DNA of 64,000 nucleotides from contig RDOB01000003.1 of assembly GCA_011364965.1 (NCBI GenBank), forward strand, positions 192,001-256,000, given 5' to 3'. Within the stretch, counting starts at the first letter, position 1; each line of letters starts with the position of its first letter. The stretch is from Candidatus Heimdallarchaeota archaeon (GTDB taxonomy: Archaea > Asgardarchaeota > Heimdallarchaeia > Hodarchaeales > Hodarchaeaceae). The notes beneath the pieces are model-generated. The model made no database searches, had not been told where the DNA came from, and was given only the letters and a program-made list of their open reading frames with translations. This document shows positions 40,879 through 51,125 of this stretch, in pieces. The translations under genes and the position numbers were made by a program.

Positions 40879-42230
40879 TCCTCCGAATTAGAAGTCTCTA
40901 CATTATCTATCTTAGGTATGCTCCCCAACGATAAAATGCTAGCAGATTCCTTTTGTCGTGCCTTAAGATAATTTGAAGTTTTAATTGCAGCTGCAGATCC
41001 TTCTACTATTGTATCCACAATATCTTTTGGCCCTAATGCAGTTCCAGCTGCTATTATTCCTTCCATACTTGTAATTACTGGATCGAGTTTTAATTTAGGA
41101 CTTTGAATGAAACCATCCTTATCTTGTTTAACAGGGAAATTACCTGTCGGACAACTCCCTTGTGTTAATCCTAAGCTCAAAACTACTAATTCATACTCGA
41201 CTTCAATTTTACCCCCCGAGTCTCCAATGTTCTCGATGGAGAGGATTAAATTATGCGTTTTGGGATTCTCACGTATTTCTCCAACTTTTCCTTTGACAAA
41301 TTCGACTCCCATGGCTTTAGCATTCTGGTAAAATTGTTCATATCCCTTACCAAATGCACGAATATCCATATAATAACAAGTAACTCCCACTATGGGTAAT
41401 GAACCCATTATAAGCATCGCTTGTTTGATTGTATACATACAACAAATGCGACTACAATAAGTACGATCCACAGACGCGTCTCTCGACCCAGCACAATGCA
41501 CATAAGCAATGTTCATAGGAATTTGATTGTCTGAGGGCCTTCTAACGCCTAGATATGGACCATTGGGAGCTAGCAGCCTTTCAGCTGCTAAAGAGGATAT
41601 TACATTCAGATACTTTCCACCACCCCATTCAGCTTTCTCTCCAAGAGGTGTGAGTTCATATCCAGTAGCAAGGATAACGGACTCAGCTTCTATTTCTACA
41701 TTTTGATCTTGTTGTAAATAATCGATTGCATCTGCAGGACAGACTCGATGACAAGTTCCACACGCTATACAGTTTTCTAAATCGAGTAACGCAATTTGAG
41801 GAATTGCTGTTTGAAAAGGAATGTAAATTGCTTTTCGAGCTCCTAAAGCCATTTCAAATTCAGAAGGAACTTCAACAGGACATGCAAATTCGCATTGACG
41901 ACAGCCAATGCATTTATTTTCATTGACCAATCTAGCTTTTTTAATTAGATTTACTTGAAAAGAACCCGATTCATTTTCATGGTAATTTGTGACTTCGCAA
42001 TAAGTCCAAACAGTAATATTTTCATGATGAGCAGCGGAACTCATCTTTGGTGTAGTAATACAGGACGCGCAATCTAAAGTCGGAAAAACTTTTGATAATT
42101 GAATCATTTTCCCTCCAATACTTGGTTCTTTGTCGACTAGTAGAATCTTATATCCTTGGTCTGCCAAATCTAGAGCTGCTTGTATGCCTGCGATACCTGC
42201 TCCTATTACAATTGAATCATAAGTTTCCAT
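40875..42230 (-). CDS. hdrA: Heterodisulfide reductase subunit A-like flavoprotein (short)
   Basis: GAGIAG, KVFPTLDCASC, two ferredoxin motifs, HCAGSRD, YCSRICC, GPKDI. Confidence 0.93.
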   Translation of the reverse strand: METYDSIVIGAGIAGIQAALDLADQGYKILLVDKEPSIGGKMIQLSKVFPTLDCASCITTPKMSSAAHHENITVWTYCEVTNYHENESGSFQVNLIKKARLVNENKCIGCRQCEFACPVEVPSEFEMALGARKAIYIPFQTAIPQIALLDLENCIACGTCHRVCPADAIDYLQQDQNVEIEAESVILATGYELTPLGEKAEWGGGKYLNVISSLAAERLLAPNGPYLGVRRPSDNQIPMNIAYVHCAGSRDASVDRTYCSRICCMYTIKQAMLIMGSLPIVGVTCYYMDIRAFGKGYEQFYQNAKAMGVEFVKGKVGEIRENPKTHNLILSIENIGDSGGKIEVEYELVVLSLGLTQGSCPTGNFPVKQDKDGFIQSPKLKLDPVITSMEGIIAAGTALGPKDIVDTIVEGSAAAIKTSNYLKARQKESASILSLGSIPKIDNVETSNSEE

Positions 42231-42254
42231 TTATAATTACTCCATTAAGAGTAC

Positions 42255-42731
42255 TTAATTCTCCGTCTCAGCAGACGTTAATGGTGGACTTCTAAAAACC
42301 TCTTTCGCTGGTTCCAAAGTTCGCAAAAATGTATCCATTGTAGAGATTTCTTTAACGACATGCTTTGCACAGACAGTGCAAATTGCGGTTAGCTTCAAAC
42401 GTTGCGGTTCTAGTCCACATTCATCTTTCATACGTTTCATAACTTTATTTATTCGGCGAGATAAACGATGAAAAGCTCCTGAATAAGGACACTCTTCCCC
42501 ACATGACATAACTAAGATACCATCGATTCCGTAACGAAAACTGTCTAGATAAAAATCCTCAGGAAAAATAACAGGGGAAGGAACGCGGATTACATATGAA
42601 TTAGGAGGGTAATTCAAATGCTGTTGCCCCGCATTATCGACTCCAGGATACGAACACGCAATTGTTGTTATCACAAGGATTTTCGGAGTGTATTCTGTTC
42701 TAACAACCGTGTTAACTGCGGTAGAAGACAT
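42255..42731 (-). CDS. mvhD: MvhD-type [2Fe-2S] protein
   Basis: ACSYPGVD, IRVPSP, GIDGILVMSCGEECPY, ICTVC; start moved to ATG 42731 to avoid overlap with tusA. Confidence 0.88.
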   Translation of the reverse strand: MSSTAVNTVVRTEYTPKILVITTIACSYPGVDNAGQQHLNYPPNSYVIRVPSPVIFPEDFYLDSFRYGIDGILVMSCGEECPYSGAFHRLSRRINKVMKRMKDECGLEPQRLKLTAICTVCAKHVVKEISTMDTFLRTLEPAKEVFRSPPLTSAETEN

Positions 42732-42741
42732 TCTAATAGCC

Positions 42742-43008
42742 CTATTTTTTACGTATGATATAATAACGGTCATAACCGTCGTCTTCGACATACCCGAGGA
42801 ATTCATGTTTTGCAAACTTAGCCCATGCAGGAATATCATTTCGTGTTCCAGGGTCAGAAGACCAAACCTCTAAAACTTCGTCAATAGCTACTTTTCCGAT
42901 GGCTTTCTTAGTTTCCAATAATGGGCCGGGGCAAGCAGAGCCTCGTGCGTCAACTACATGATCAGATTCTTCAGGAACATCATTTCCAAGATTAGTTTGT
43001 TCAGTCAT
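42742..43008 (-). CDS. tusA: TusA/SirA-family sulfur carrier
   Basis: VDARGSACPGP, DIPAW. Confidence 0.92.
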   Translation of the reverse strand: MTEQTNLGNDVPEESDHVVDARGSACPGPLLETKKAIGKVAIDEVLEVWSSDPGTRNDIPAWAKFAKHEFLGYVEDDGYDRYYIIRKK

Positions 43009-43332
43009 TTAAATCACCAATTCTAATTCAGTACATAGCATTAAGAAACACTCTAATAGAGATAAAATGTATATATACATTGATTCAAATAAACCATGTG
43101 CATGGATGACTTTTAAAGAAAAATTTCTTATGAATTATGCTTAACCATTGTTAATAGCAATTAATAATAGAGTTTTTTTTAGTCAGCTCATTAATTAAGC
43201 AACGTTAACTAGATGCTGTTTAAAAAGAGGCTAAAATTAATGTTCTGAGATTTTAATATTGGGGGAAAATCTTAAATTTGCGAATATATTTTCAACGATA
43301 GCGATTTCAAATCCAAATAGGCTGGTTCTAAT

Positions 43333-44430
43333 ATGATTCTAACCTTTGAAGTGCTCGTTGGCTTTTTAACTTCTGCTTTTATACTAATTGCTTTTTCTAT
43401 CGCCCTGTTACGATATTTAAAATTAGGTTATCGTCCTCTCTTGTTTCTCGCCCTTCAATGGCTCGGAATTGCACTGTGGGGATTATTTACTGCTATCTCC
43501 ACCTTTATTTTAGAGAATGGAGACACTCCTAATATTCTCTTTTTTCCTCCTCTTCAGCTTGACTGGACTCTTGCTGATCTCCTCGGTTTTATAGGATATT
43601 TTATCACAATTCCCACTTTATTTCTCTTAATCTTCTTCTTGGATTCGATCACTCGAACATCTATAGAACCGGTTAAAATGCTTATCGGAGGGATGATTGC
43701 TGCAACTCTGATCATCACCGGATTAGTACCGGGTCAAGGTGCAAAAAATGTTACGATTTATACCTATTATGCGCAAGCTATATACTATATGTTTTGGATT
43801 CTCCTGTGGTTGTATTATACTTTCAAAATATTCCTAAGCAGTCCGCAGAACTTGAAAAGATATTCTGCTATTGTATTAATAGGAAGTATCATTATTTTTC
43901 TAGATGCTTTTTTGACAGTAACTCGTTTAAATCCACCTGAATCAAATTTAAGCATGTTTTTGATGGGATCAGGAGCTTTAATGATCGTAATTCCATACAG
44001 CTTTCAAACAAAGTTATTATATATTTTACCATTCAAAGCTACGCGTTTAATAGTAATTAATGACAATGGAATACCACTGTTCTCTCATAGTTGGGTGAAA
44101 GGAACTGATCCTTCAGGAGAAGTGTTATTTAGTGGAATGATGAGTGGAATCAGCGCCATTCTGAACGAATCATTGAAGAAAGGCTTAGTACGGGAAATAG
44201 CATTAGACGAGTCAAAGTTACTTATCGAAACGGATAAGAGATATTCAATAATTTTCGTTCTCCAATGTACCAGAACATCAACTTCATTATCAGATGCCCT
44301 TCATTTATTCTCAGAACAATTCATCTTAAATTTCAAGGAGTATTTATCAGGTTCCTTCATCAACACAGAGAAATTTAATGCATCAAAACTTGTTGATGAG
44401 TGTTTTCCGTTTCTACCGGATTATAACTAG
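43333..44430 (+). CDS. 7-TM membrane protein with C-terminal longin/roadblock-like domain
   Basis: 7 TM; LPFKATRLIVINDNGIPLF...LFSGMMSGI...FPFLPDY. Confidence 0.75.
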   Translation: MILTFEVLVGFLTSAFILIAFSIALLRYLKLGYRPLLFLALQWLGIALWGLFTAISTFILENGDTPNILFFPPLQLDWTLADLLGFIGYFITIPTLFLLIFFLDSITRTSIEPVKMLIGGMIAATLIITGLVPGQGAKNVTIYTYYAQAIYYMFWILLWLYYTFKIFLSSPQNLKRYSAIVLIGSIIIFLDAFLTVTRLNPPESNLSMFLMGSGALMIVIPYSFQTKLLYILPFKATRLIVINDNGIPLFSHSWVKGTDPSGEVLFSGMMSGISAILNESLKKGLVREIALDESKLLIETDKRYSIIFVLQCTRTSTSLSDALHLFSEQFILNFKEYLSGSFINTEKFNASKLVDECFPFLPDYN

Positions 44431-44456
44431 AGAAAAAGGAAGGTATGATAGGTAAT

Positions 44457-44970
44457 TTACTTCCTAAATACTTTTTTGATTTCTTTTAGAGGTACATCAA
44501 ACACTTCATTATGGGGGGGGAGGGGTTCAGAATAAAAAAACTCTGGCAATCTATCATGAGCTTTGGTAAATCCTACTCTTTTATTAAACTCAAGTTTCTT
44601 CTTTAATATCTTCATTCCATAAGATACTGGATCTAATTCTTCTAGTTCTAACATCGCTTTCCCATTGTCAATCATTCCTTCCATTGCAGATGGTATATCT
44701 AGGAGTGCATATACAGTAAAGAAGCAATATCCTATAGAATCAAGAAAAGCAGTAAAGGCCTGATACTGGGAGCATTTGTATCGTAATAAAACCAGGAGCA
44801 GCAATAAATTTATTATTAGGTCCCAAAGGTTCACACAAAAGGATCTACTTCATCTACAATTATTGTAGATGTTAATCCTCTTCCCCCTAAGTGTATATAT
44901 TCTTCGGGTAATTCTTCCCAATTTACAGTTAGTTTTGTCATATTTACCCTTACGATCTGATTCAAGTCAT
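44457..44970 (-). pseudogene. Aldehyde:ferredoxin oxidoreductase remnant with large internal deletion and frameshifts
   Basis: N-terminus (QIVRVNMTKL...LGGRGL...EVDP/CEPLGPNNK) joined directly to C-terminus (DSIGYCFF...DRLPEFFYSEPLPPHN). Confidence 0.85.
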
Positions 44971-45073
44971 AATACCTCTATAAAATGAGCTATGGTTCAT
45001 GAGCTGTGAGTATCCAAATATCTTCAGTAATTTAAACAACATATTATCTATTGGAGAGGAAAAAGAGTAGATC

Positions 45074-45751
45074 TCAAGGTTCAATTATTAATTCTTCTAA
45101 TTTTGTGATTACTTGTACATAAATCTCGTCGATATCAGGAAAATCAAATTTCGCGTTTTCTCTTTTAATTAGGATAAACGGAATATAACTCCGCAATGAC
45201 GCGTATAAATCTGATGGAGAATCACCGATATAAATAACGTCGTCTTTAGATAAATTTAACTTCTTCAAAGTGATTTCCAACCCACTAGGGTGCGGTTTCG
45301 GCTCAATCATCTCTTCTAATCCAGTTAAACATTCAAAATAGTCAGTCAAATTAAATGTTGCCAATATTTTTGAGGCTACATATGATTTGTTATTAGTTAC
45401 GACAGCTAACCTAAATCCATATTTTTTTAATAAGATCAGTACCCTATGAACGTTTGGGAAAAGGGATACATTTAAAGTAATTTTATCAACAAAATAATTA
45501 TCTATTAGTTTTGTTAACCGATCTTTTTCCCTAGCATTGAATTCTAAGGAAGGGAATAAGCAAAGTAATTGACCTTCAGTTGAGAATGCAACGATTTTTT
45601 CAATAATAGATGGAGCGGGGATTTCATATTTTTCCCTTCTAAGAATCTCTTGGAGTGCAATTATCCACCCTTTTGTACTATCTACGAAAACTCCATCCAA
45701 GTCGAAAATAATTGCTTTCAGTGATTTTCTATGCTGCAAAGGACCTTTCAT
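45074..45751 (-). CDS. HAD-superfamily phosphatase
   Basis: FDLDGVFVDS, VTN, KPHP, IGDSPSD. Confidence 0.92.
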   Translation of the reverse strand: MKGPLQHRKSLKAIIFDLDGVFVDSTKGWIIALQEILRREKYEIPAPSIIEKIVAFSTEGQLLCLFPSLEFNAREKDRLTKLIDNYFVDKITLNVSLFPNVHRVLILLKKYGFRLAVVTNNKSYVASKILATFNLTDYFECLTGLEEMIEPKPHPSGLEITLKKLNLSKDDVIYIGDSPSDLYASLRSYIPFILIKRENAKFDFPDIDEIYVQVITKLEELIIEP

Positions 45752-45782
45752 TGGAAATCAAGAATAGGAATGATAATAGGAA

Positions 45783-46601
45783 TTAACGAACTTGCTGTAC
45801 TGCTTCCATGAATTCCCTAACACGTTTAATATCGACGTTTTTCCAAGTATCACCATTGAATTTCAAGCTCGTACCGACAATAACTCCATCTGCTACCTCG
45901 AGCTGTTTTATAATATTATCTTTTCTCGCGCCTGTGTTCACAATTACTGCCGCGCCTAATGAATTTGCTTTTACGGTTTTTAGCTCATCAAGTTTAGCTT
46001 CCATGCCAGTCATGGGTCCTGAAACACAAAGTGCATCGGCAATACCAACAAATACCGCTCCTTTGGCAATCAATGCTAATGAGCGTTGATCCAAAGGATG
46101 AGCGAATTCTGCATTCACAATACCAAAGATTTTGATATCATTTGCTCCGATAGCCTTCCTATATCGTAACGTTTCAGCACCTGGAGCGTTCAAGAACCCC
46201 ATATCCCCTGCAAATGCCCCAGTAAATACTCCCCTTACAAATTTTGCTCCAGTGGCTTTAGCTACTGCTAATGCTGAAATAGGATCCCACATTATGTCAA
46301 TACCGTATGGGATTGATATTTCAGATTTTAATTCCCCAATTACTGCAGCCATGGATGCAACAACTACTTGGTTTACTCCAGTTGCATAAGGACGATCCCC
46401 TTCATTGCAGAAGAGAAGGCCGTCAATCCCTCCTTCTTGCAAAGCTAATAAGTCTTGTTTGGCACTGGAAAATATTTTTCCCATTCCTTCTTCTTCGTTG
46501 AACTCAGGTGTATAGGGAAGAGGAGGAAAATGAACCATCCCAATCACAGGTTTTTTTACATTAAAAATTTCATCTAAACATGTCATTTCTAAACCCTTCA
46601 T
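45783..46601 (-). CDS. BtpA/SgcQ-family TIM-barrel protein
   Basis: KPVIGMVHFPPLP, NEGDRPY, ADALCVSG, DGVIVGTSLK. Confidence 0.92.
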   Translation of the reverse strand: MKGLEMTCLDEIFNVKKPVIGMVHFPPLPYTPEFNEEEGMGKIFSSAKQDLLALQEGGIDGLLFCNEGDRPYATGVNQVVVASMAAVIGELKSEISIPYGIDIMWDPISALAVAKATGAKFVRGVFTGAFAGDMGFLNAPGAETLRYRKAIGANDIKIFGIVNAEFAHPLDQRSLALIAKGAVFVGIADALCVSGPMTGMEAKLDELKTVKANSLGAAVIVNTGARKDNIIKQLEVADGVIVGTSLKFNGDTWKNVDIKRVREFMEAVQQVR

Positions 46602-46852
46602 ATCATAATACTATTTTCTATCTTAATTTAAATGATGTTAGATTTCTCATAACTTTAAAGAAAAAAAATAAAATATTCTCCAACAGAAATAACGCAAAGT
46701 TCCAAACATTTAGAACTCTCTGTTCTTTTTCAAAGGAGAGGTTTTTTATAGAATAAAAACTGCTATACTCATATAAATTCAGATCTGAAGTCTTTTAAGA
46801 AATCAAAAATCAAATTCATCACCTAGAAGTATGAAATACCCAGGGAATTATA

Positions 46853-47278
46853 ATGCAAGAAACTGAATTTAAAACTAAATATATATCTGTTAAAACTCTT
46901 AATGCAGGGGAATATTACGATGTAACTGATGAACTTAGCACATTCGTAAAGGAAAGTGGCATACAGAAAGGTATACTTATAGCTTATAGTTTGCATACTA
47001 CAACTGGATTGGTTGTAAATGAAGGTTCTGATCCTGGGGTAGGAAAAGATGTTTCTCAAGTTTTATGGGAACTTATACCTGAAACAAGACAATGGAATCA
47101 CACAGAAGAAAGCCCTCTGGATTCAGCTGCGCATGTGAAAGCTCAAATGATAGGAAATTCAATAATTCTAGGAATTGATCAGTCAAGGTTAATACTTGGA
47201 ACTTGGCAAAGAGTATATTTCATCGAATATATTGAAGCCAGAGAGAGAAAAGTCTTTGTAATAATCTTTGGAAAATGA
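46853..47278 (+). CDS. YjbQ/UPF0047-family protein
   Basis: HTTTGLVVNE, AAHVKA, LGTWQRVYFIE. Confidence 0.92.
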   Translation: MQETEFKTKYISVKTLNAGEYYDVTDELSTFVKESGIQKGILIAYSLHTTTGLVVNEGSDPGVGKDVSQVLWELIPETRQWNHTEESPLDSAAHVKAQMIGNSIILGIDQSRLILGTWQRVYFIEYIEARERKVFVIIFGK

Positions 47279-47493
47279 GAAAAGAGAGTTTCTCTCCAAA
47301 AATATTTGATACGAACAATATCAGAATAACCTCTAACAAACTTTACCCATATTTGATATCTAAGTTTTAATAAATAGCTGAATATTCTACTTCTTATTGT
47401 TAAATCTGGGAAAATCATGTCAGAATACGTGCGCTTGTGAATTAACTAATCAATTTTCCTAAATATATTTGAAAAAAAAGAAGGAAAAACCAA

Positions 47494-47940
47494 ATGGACA
47501 TTTTTGTACTGAAATCTAAAGCTAAGAATAAGCGTGAAATAGTACATGAATTATTTTCATTACTCTTTGAAAGTGGATATGTAAAGGAAACCTATGAAGA
47601 GGCAATTCATAAGCGCGAACTTGAATTTCCAACAGCTTTAGAGCTTCAGGGATCATTTAACGTTGCAATTCCGCATGCAGAGACGGAATACGTTAACAAA
47701 CCAGCTATCGCATTTGGAATCCTAGAGAATTCGATAGAATGGGAAAGCATGGAAGACCCCGATGTATTAATCCCCGTACATCTAGTGTTTTTGCTAGCAA
47801 TTAAAGTTCCTGAACTTGTTGTACCCAATCTTAAGGCTTTGTCAGATAAGATTTTCAGTAAACCAGATATTGTTGCTGAATTAAGGAATTCAAACGATTT
47901 TGACCGAACAAGAAAAACTCTTGTAGGTTTATTAACTTAA
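47494..47940 (+). CDS. PTS enzyme IIA (Fru/Mtl/Gat type)
   Basis: RELEFPTAL, VAIPHA phospho-His. Confidence 0.92.
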   Translation: MDIFVLKSKAKNKREIVHELFSLLFESGYVKETYEEAIHKRELEFPTALELQGSFNVAIPHAETEYVNKPAIAFGILENSIEWESMEDPDVLIPVHLVFLLAIKVPELVVPNLKALSDKIFSKPDIVAELRNSNDFDRTRKTLVGLLT

Positions 47941-47974
47941 AAACCATCAAAGAAAAAAGATTGGAGTCATAATC

Positions 47975-48247
47975 ATGCCTAAGGTTCAATTCACTGCGAT
48001 TTTAAAAAACCGAGTAGGGTTACACGCGCGACCTGCCGCGCTTTTCGTTAGAACCTCCAAAAAGTATCAATGTGAAATTTTTGTAGAAAAAGAGGGCAAC
48101 AGGGTTGACGCAAAAAAAATCCTGGGGGTTCTAGGGCTAGGAGCAAATAAAGACGACAAAATAACAGTCTATCTCGATGGACAAGATGCATTAGATGCCA
48201 AAGAAGTTCTACTCGAGATGATCGAAAACAAATTTGGCGAAGAATGA
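47975..48247 (+). CDS. ptsH: Phosphocarrier protein HPr
   Basis: GLHARPAA (His17). Confidence 0.95.
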   Translation: MPKVQFTAILKNRVGLHARPAALFVRTSKKYQCEIFVEKEGNRVDAKKILGVLGLGANKDDKITVYLDGQDALDAKEVLLEMIENKFGEE

Positions 48248-49992
48248 GTTGTAAGAGAATGAAAATAGTAGTTGGTATTCCTGCTTCTGAAGGGATAGCG
48301 ATAGGTAAAGCACTTGTATATGAGCGGGAATCCAATAATGAAATCGATACTTTACAACTTAGCTCTTTAACTCCAAATGATGCAATAAAACGATTTCAGG
48401 AAGCAATATCTATTTCAATCAGTCGGTTAGGAAAATTAGCTCGAAAAACTGAAGTTGAAATTGGTCCAAATGAAGCTGCAATATTTGATGCACAAATTCT
48501 AATATGTGAAGATGATGATTTTCAGCAAAGTGTGATTAAAAAAATCAATCAAGGAATTCCGATTGACAAAGCAATATGGATTGTTGTCGATTTCTATATT
48601 TCAAAATTCGCGGAGATGGACAACGATTATTTTAAAGAACGTGCACTTGATATTCAAGATGTAGGAAATCAAATCATAAAAGCACTAACAGGTAGTAACC
48701 CCAACGCGTTAATGGAATTAACGGAAAAGAAAATCATTGTATCACGAGTTTTGACACCATCTGATACAGTAGAATTGCCAAAAAAATATGTTTTAGGATT
48801 TCTAACAGAATTTGGAGGACCTACCTCTCATGTTGCAATTATTGCACGAGCTCTTAATGTACCCGCTGTTATCGGTATCCCAGAGCTTACACACCAGATT
48901 TCTCAAGGAGATTTATTAATCATAGATGGAACAAATGGTCACGTAATAATTAATCCTGATACTAAAACCCTTGGAAAATATGCAGTTCAACAAAAAAAGA
49001 TGGTTCAAAACCAGCAGGAGCTTCAAAAATTTGCTAAAATTCAAGCCAAAACTCAAGATGGAAAATTAATAAAGATTCAAGCGAATATTGGTTCAGTAGA
49101 TGAGGTATATCGTGCAATGGATCATGGTGCTGATGGTATAGGGCTATTAAGAACGGAATTTCTGTATCTAGAAAAAAAAGACTTACCGACGGAAAACGAA
49201 TTATTTGATACCTTTAAAGAAATATTAAGCGCGATGCGTGAGAAAGCAGTAATCCTTCGAACCCTTGATATCGGGGGAGATAAAGATATCCCTAGTTTAG
49301 TTTTGCCAAAGGAAGAAAATCCTTTTCTAGGATTACGGGGAAGTAGGTTTATTTCAGATGCTCAGTTGAGACGAATAATAATAACTCAAGTGAGAGCTGC
49401 ATTAAGAGCGTCATCATTTGGAAATTTAAAGATCATGTTTCCAATGGTTAGTACTCTGAAGGAAGTTTTAGATTTAAATACTCTCGTGAATGAATGTCGA
49501 TCAGATTTACTTGCTAATGGATATAACATTGCCACGTCTGTAGAAATAGGGATAATGGTTGAAGTTCCTTCCATTGCATTATGCGCAGAAGCAGTAGCGC
49601 CATATGTAGACTTCTTCAGTATAGGTACAAATGATCTTACTCAATATGTCCTTGCTGCTGATCGTACCAATGAAACCATTGCATACCTTTACGATCATTT
49701 TCATCCATCTGTTTTTCGGTTAATCCAAATTGTAGTTAATGCTGCTCACAAATATGGAAAATGGGTTGGAATATGTGGAGAATTGGCAAGTGAATCATTA
49801 GCTACTCCAATATTATTGGGTTTAGGTATTGATGAACTTTCTATGAATATTAATTCGATTCCGAAAATAAAAAGGCAAGTCACACGTCAATCTATGAATA
49901 AATCCAAAGAAATTTTGAAAACAGTATTAGATTTACCAACTTCAAAAGATGTGAGGAAATTTTTATCACAAAACTCTATTAATGACATATAA
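48244..49992 (+). CDS. ptsI: PEP-protein phosphotransferase (PTS enzyme I)
   Basis: TSHVAIIAR, GLLRTEFL, RTLDIGGDK, SIGTNDLTQY, GICGE; ATGA overlap with ptsH. Confidence 0.97.
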   Translation: MSCKRMKIVVGIPASEGIAIGKALVYERESNNEIDTLQLSSLTPNDAIKRFQEAISISISRLGKLARKTEVEIGPNEAAIFDAQILICEDDDFQQSVIKKINQGIPIDKAIWIVVDFYISKFAEMDNDYFKERALDIQDVGNQIIKALTGSNPNALMELTEKKIIVSRVLTPSDTVELPKKYVLGFLTEFGGPTSHVAIIARALNVPAVIGIPELTHQISQGDLLIIDGTNGHVIINPDTKTLGKYAVQQKKMVQNQQELQKFAKIQAKTQDGKLIKIQANIGSVDEVYRAMDHGADGIGLLRTEFLYLEKKDLPTENELFDTFKEILSAMREKAVILRTLDIGGDKDIPSLVLPKEENPFLGLRGSRFISDAQLRRIIITQVRAALRASSFGNLKIMFPMVSTLKEVLDLNTLVNECRSDLLANGYNIATSVEIGIMVEVPSIALCAEAVAPYVDFFSIGTNDLTQYVLAADRTNETIAYLYDHFHPSVFRLIQIVVNAAHKYGKWVGICGELASESLATPILLGLGIDELSMNINSIPKIKRQVTRQSMNKSKEILKTVLDLPTSKDVRKFLSQNSINDI

Positions 49993-50004
49993 TATTCTCA
50001 GTTT

Positions 50005-51075
50005 TTATACAGCTTCTCTTTCTTTTTTCCTCTCAAGGGCAGCTTTCTCTTTATAGTAAGTTCTCCAAGAAAGAGCCTCAAGTTCTTCCGCGACTTGGGA
50101 TGTCTCCCATAATTTTTCGAATTTGTCTAAAGCCCGCGCTCTTTCATTTTTTCCTGTTAATTTAACTAAATTGACTGGACTGGAAAGATCGATTTCTTCT
50201 AATATGTGATCTGTAACCCAAACATCATTATCATCCAAAATAATAAAAGTTTGTTTGATTAATCCTGCTTCTGCTTTTCTAACTAAGATATCAACCCCGA
50301 TACGCCTCCAATCTGCACATCTTTTTAAATAACTCTTAAAATCACCTGCTATTTGACTTGCAATAATTTTAATGGCTGGTTTGCCTCCCTGAAAACCTCT
50401 CAAACCATCATAAAAGCCTAGTCGCCCTATAGAGGTCATAATGGATACTTTCGTGGCAGGAGTCATCAATGTATGAGGAGTTGAATACATTAATTGATAA
50501 CCAGAACTTCTCCTTCCCATTAGACGTAAACCTCGGTAGTCATCATGGATTAGTTGAAATGGATACTCTTTTGGATTAAATTCGCCATTAAGTGCTAAAG
50601 GTAATAATTGTTGAATCAAATCGTCAGCTACATCCTTAAAATTCTTTAATTGCCCTTTATTCTCGTCAATATATTCATGATTCATGTTGCGATGAAAATA
50701 CATTATCGAGCCAGCAATTATAATGAAAATTAATATTGGAAAGATGAAGAATGGATTTGCTAGCAATTCATCAGCCCAATCAAACATATTCCAGAATGAA
50801 GAAAGAAGGATAAAAACAAAGAAAATGAAGACTGCAATTGCTAAAGACTGAGTTGGAGAGATGATTCTATCTAGAAGGGGAAAATGACCGGGTGGATTAA
50901 GGTTATCGACTGTTTTTAAGGTTTGTTTGACCTCAATTGGAAAATAATTTTCTCCACTGGTAGCTAACGCATTTATTTCCTTCTCTGTAGGAAAATGTTT
51001 CCGCCATTTATCTAATAAATAGATGAATTTAATAATATCTTCGTGTGATTTTGATTCAAATGTCATAATTGGCAC
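50005..51075 (-). CDS. Hypothetical 2-TM membrane protein with possible PLD-like C-terminal fold
   Basis: Two TM segments; FIILDDNDVWV...FEKLWETS; no HKD motif. Confidence 0.55.
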   Translation of the reverse strand: MPIMTFESKSHEDIIKFIYLLDKWRKHFPTEKEINALATSGENYFPIEVKQTLKTVDNLNPPGHFPLLDRIISPTQSLAIAVFIFFVFILLSSFWNMFDWADELLANPFFIFPILIFIIIAGSIMYFHRNMNHEYIDENKGQLKNFKDVADDLIQQLLPLALNGEFNPKEYPFQLIHDDYRGLRLMGRRSSGYQLMYSTPHTLMTPATKVSIMTSIGRLGFYDGLRGFQGGKPAIKIIASQIAGDFKSYLKRCADWRRIGVDILVRKAEAGLIKQTFIILDDNDVWVTDHILEEIDLSSPVNLVKLTGKNERARALDKFEKLWETSQVAEELEALSWRTYYKEKAALERKKEREAV

Positions 51076-51125
51076 ATCAAGGACTTTAATAAGAGAAGAA
51101 TTCTATCCAAGGTCAAAGGCCTGTC

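Noticed and set aside
37172-43008. Selenocysteine recoding or methanogenesis
   Set aside because: HdrA and MvhD ORFs are open with Cys codons; no hdrB or mcr present
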